Shown here: positions 61,523 to 64,000 of the stretch, piece by piece
Position numbering within the stretch: the stretch's first letter is position 1
How the letters are laid out: every line of letters starts with the position of its first letter
Assembly: GCA_964187785.1 (NCBI GenBank)
Contig: OZ076413.1
Location: 44,828,001-44,892,000, forward strand
Direction of reading: 5' to 3'
Length of the DNA stretch: 64,000 bases
Source of the DNA: Amphiscolops sp. MND2022
Lineage: Eukaryota
Notes under the pieces: model-generated
The model's database searches: none
The model's input: only the letters and a program-made list of their open reading frames with translations
What the model was told of the DNA's origin: nothing
Translations under genes and position numbers: made by a program

Positions 61523-63982
61523 GACTAAATGGCTTCAAATCTTAACTCTCAACTCAGGACTTGATATGAATTTATTAATTGGATTATTTCAGTCAGCTGA
61601 AATTAGTTATGAGTAGAAATGCTTCAGAAGGTGACTCGTCTGAAATTCCAATTAAAGCCGAAAGAATCTTTCCGTAGCTGGGGCAATAAATGAAGAAATG
61701 ATCTCAATTGTGTCAAATACTATTGCCAATATATATTAGCATTTAATGAGCTAATTCCTTCATCCAAACCCATCGCCCAGAATGGTAGTCACCAAGTTCG
61801 ATCAAATGCTCAGTTTGGTCGTCAAAGTTACTTTCCGTTGGTTGTTTAATGGGCAAATAATTGAACAATAATCAGACAATAAAGATCAAAAGACAAACGC
61901 GGATGCGTGACCTTTGAAAGGATTTTAATGATCCGCATTTTGGTAGGGTGCCAAGATCACCAGTTGGCTGTTTGTTTTGATGACAATTATGTCTCTAGAT
62001 GATTGTTTCTAGTCAAATTGAAACTGTACTGCGATATAAATCAGAGGAAATAATCAAATGTGTCATATTTGAAGAAATTTCATTATAAATGCATTCACAA
62101 ATACCGTTGGAAAACATTGCTCGCGGTTTCATGCATCCATCGATGTATCCTTCGAAGGATATACGTTTCTCACAGGAAAATTAACAGATTGACCGAGGCA
62201 TTAACAACACAACAAGAATGCATTGAAAATTCAGCAGATTTCCTTCTGAGCAACTTTTATGAGACAAATGTGGACAAAAGACTCCCAAAGTCTTAGACAA
62301 CAAAAAGTGAGTATCATAATTGTTCATAAGGATTTTTCCCTATGAAATAACTAAGATGTTATCATAAGAAACGTAATACTCAACGAATTTTTAAACTAAA
62401 ACTAAGAACTTGTTACCGGTAGGTCTTCAAAGCTTTGATCATACTTTATATCATACCATCTCAACTCAATAGAGTGGTGATCAGCCTGTTTTTTTTTGGA
62501 ATCAGAGCATCCAAACACCTATCCTGGAAAATTTACCACAAAACCATGCCCCAAGTAATTGAAGCGGTTTTCGAAGCTTTTAGTTTGAGATCATTTCTTA
62601 GCTCTACTTGATCTTTTAAGAGGCTAGCAAAATCAAGCTATCCGAACAAAAGTAATTTGACAATTTAATAGTTCAATACTCGATGCTGAGCTTCGTACGA
62701 ATTGTCAACCAAAGCAAAAACGCATTCCACCTATTATTACCATCACTGCAATTGCTCAAAAAGCTAGATTTCAATACCAATACTTTTGAATAACTAATTT
62801 TGGCATAACTAGACCAGATAAACCATGAAGTAAGAATTTGAACATCAAAAAGAAAAAAGCTGGTCAACAAAATCCAATCAATTCATTCAGTCACTGAATC
62901 AGAACAATGATGAATGAATACAGTGCTTGATATTTCAAATTTTATAGCTTGGAATAAAATCATGCGCTTTCGAAATTTATTTTCAATCATCCCGAGCATA
63001 TTTTGATGACTTTATACCATATTTTAATAATCAACCCTGAACCAAAAAGAAGAAAAATGTGTATGTAAAAAAACTCATATGATTAAAGTTATGGTCAAGA
63101 ACAAAAATGTAAAATGTACTTTGTACTTGAAGGAAATACAACGTACAATACGAATGAAGCTATGTGATTCCAGATCTGTAAGGTCACAAAAATGATTGAG
63201 GATTTTCCAAAAGTACCAGCTTTTACCTGTGATTGAAACCATCGGCGGAACTGTGCAGTGCCAAATATAAACCTTGCCTGAGATATAAACGACAAAAACA
63301 CACTTTCTTAGCAAAAAAAATGAAATATTGCAACAAGACGCCCGCTGAGCAGCGGGAAACGTCACTATAAACTATTTTAGAAACGACATTATTTTAGGGC
63401 TCGAGCGTAGCCAGTAAACCGAATTATTTCGCGTCAATTGATTCATACAAAAAAATTTATCCGAAAGAGAAAATGTTCAAAAAGTATTGTTTTACGGCTT
63501 TTACGACTACTCAAACTCTCAGAAACATCCAAAAAATGGAAACAATATGCACAAAACAGTTAATAGCAGCAATAATTGGGAAGTTCAGTCAATCAAAATA
63601 TCAGGGAAGTTGAATGGCCATATTCCGCGGTTTGGAGGCCGAATAGGCCGTTCTGCTGTTCTAAAACAGTGCCTTTTCCAGATACTCCATATAGCAAGCT
63701 GGGGTAATATTTTAAAAGCCAAGCGGTAAAAGATGGTCGGCTTGAAGCTGTGAATTTGATGTGACTCAAGGTTACAAATGTCTGTCTGCTGGCCGTTGAT
63801 CGTTTTATTTTTCTTCTCTCCAACATAACCTTCTTGCAAAATTAAGGGCAAGAACAATTGTGCAAAACAAAAAATGAGTTGAAGGAGATTCTTACTATTT
63901 GAAAAATCGTTTGGTTCTTCTATTATTTTACGAAAAATTCTAATCTTTTACCGTTTGAAAAGTATTCGAAGTAGTCAATTTT

Positions 63983-64000
63983 CAGTCGGCGCTTCATGAA
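63983..64000. mobile_element. Start of another Helentron-like copy, cut by the window edge
   Basis: AGTCGGCGCTTCATGAA is identical to the start at 52648. Confidence 0.55.

Noticed and set aside
62673..63857. Possible small minus-strand exons of another gene (e.g. ~63226-63276)
   Set aside because: Splice-like signals exist, but I could not build a recognisable protein or consistent frame.

Overview
AT-rich eukaryotic (animal-like) DNA dominated by transposable elements, with a 200-N assembly gap at 12800-12999. (1) A decayed minus-strand LINE (ORF1, AP endonuclease, RT) whose 3' ~1.7 kb is tandemly triplicated. (2) A very large plus-strand Ty3/Gypsy-type retroelement (>=13000 to ~34100, 5' end lost in the gap). 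It has a long gag-pol frame, an env-like glycoprotein resembling class III (chuvirus/herpes gB-like) fusogens, at least two unknown ORFs after env, and a 4.3-kb internal tandem duplication. (3) MULE, hAT and CRE-like fossils, plus a family of Helentron/DINE-1-like non-autonomous elements. (4) Three minus-strand C2-domain genes: two with a copine-like C2 domain, a long acidic linker and a C-terminal transmembrane helix, and a third spliced gene absent from the ORF track. (5) A full-length decayed Gypsy element with 235-bp LTRs and a TATGA target-site duplication inside an intron of that third gene. All family assignments come from motifs read by eye; no searches were run.
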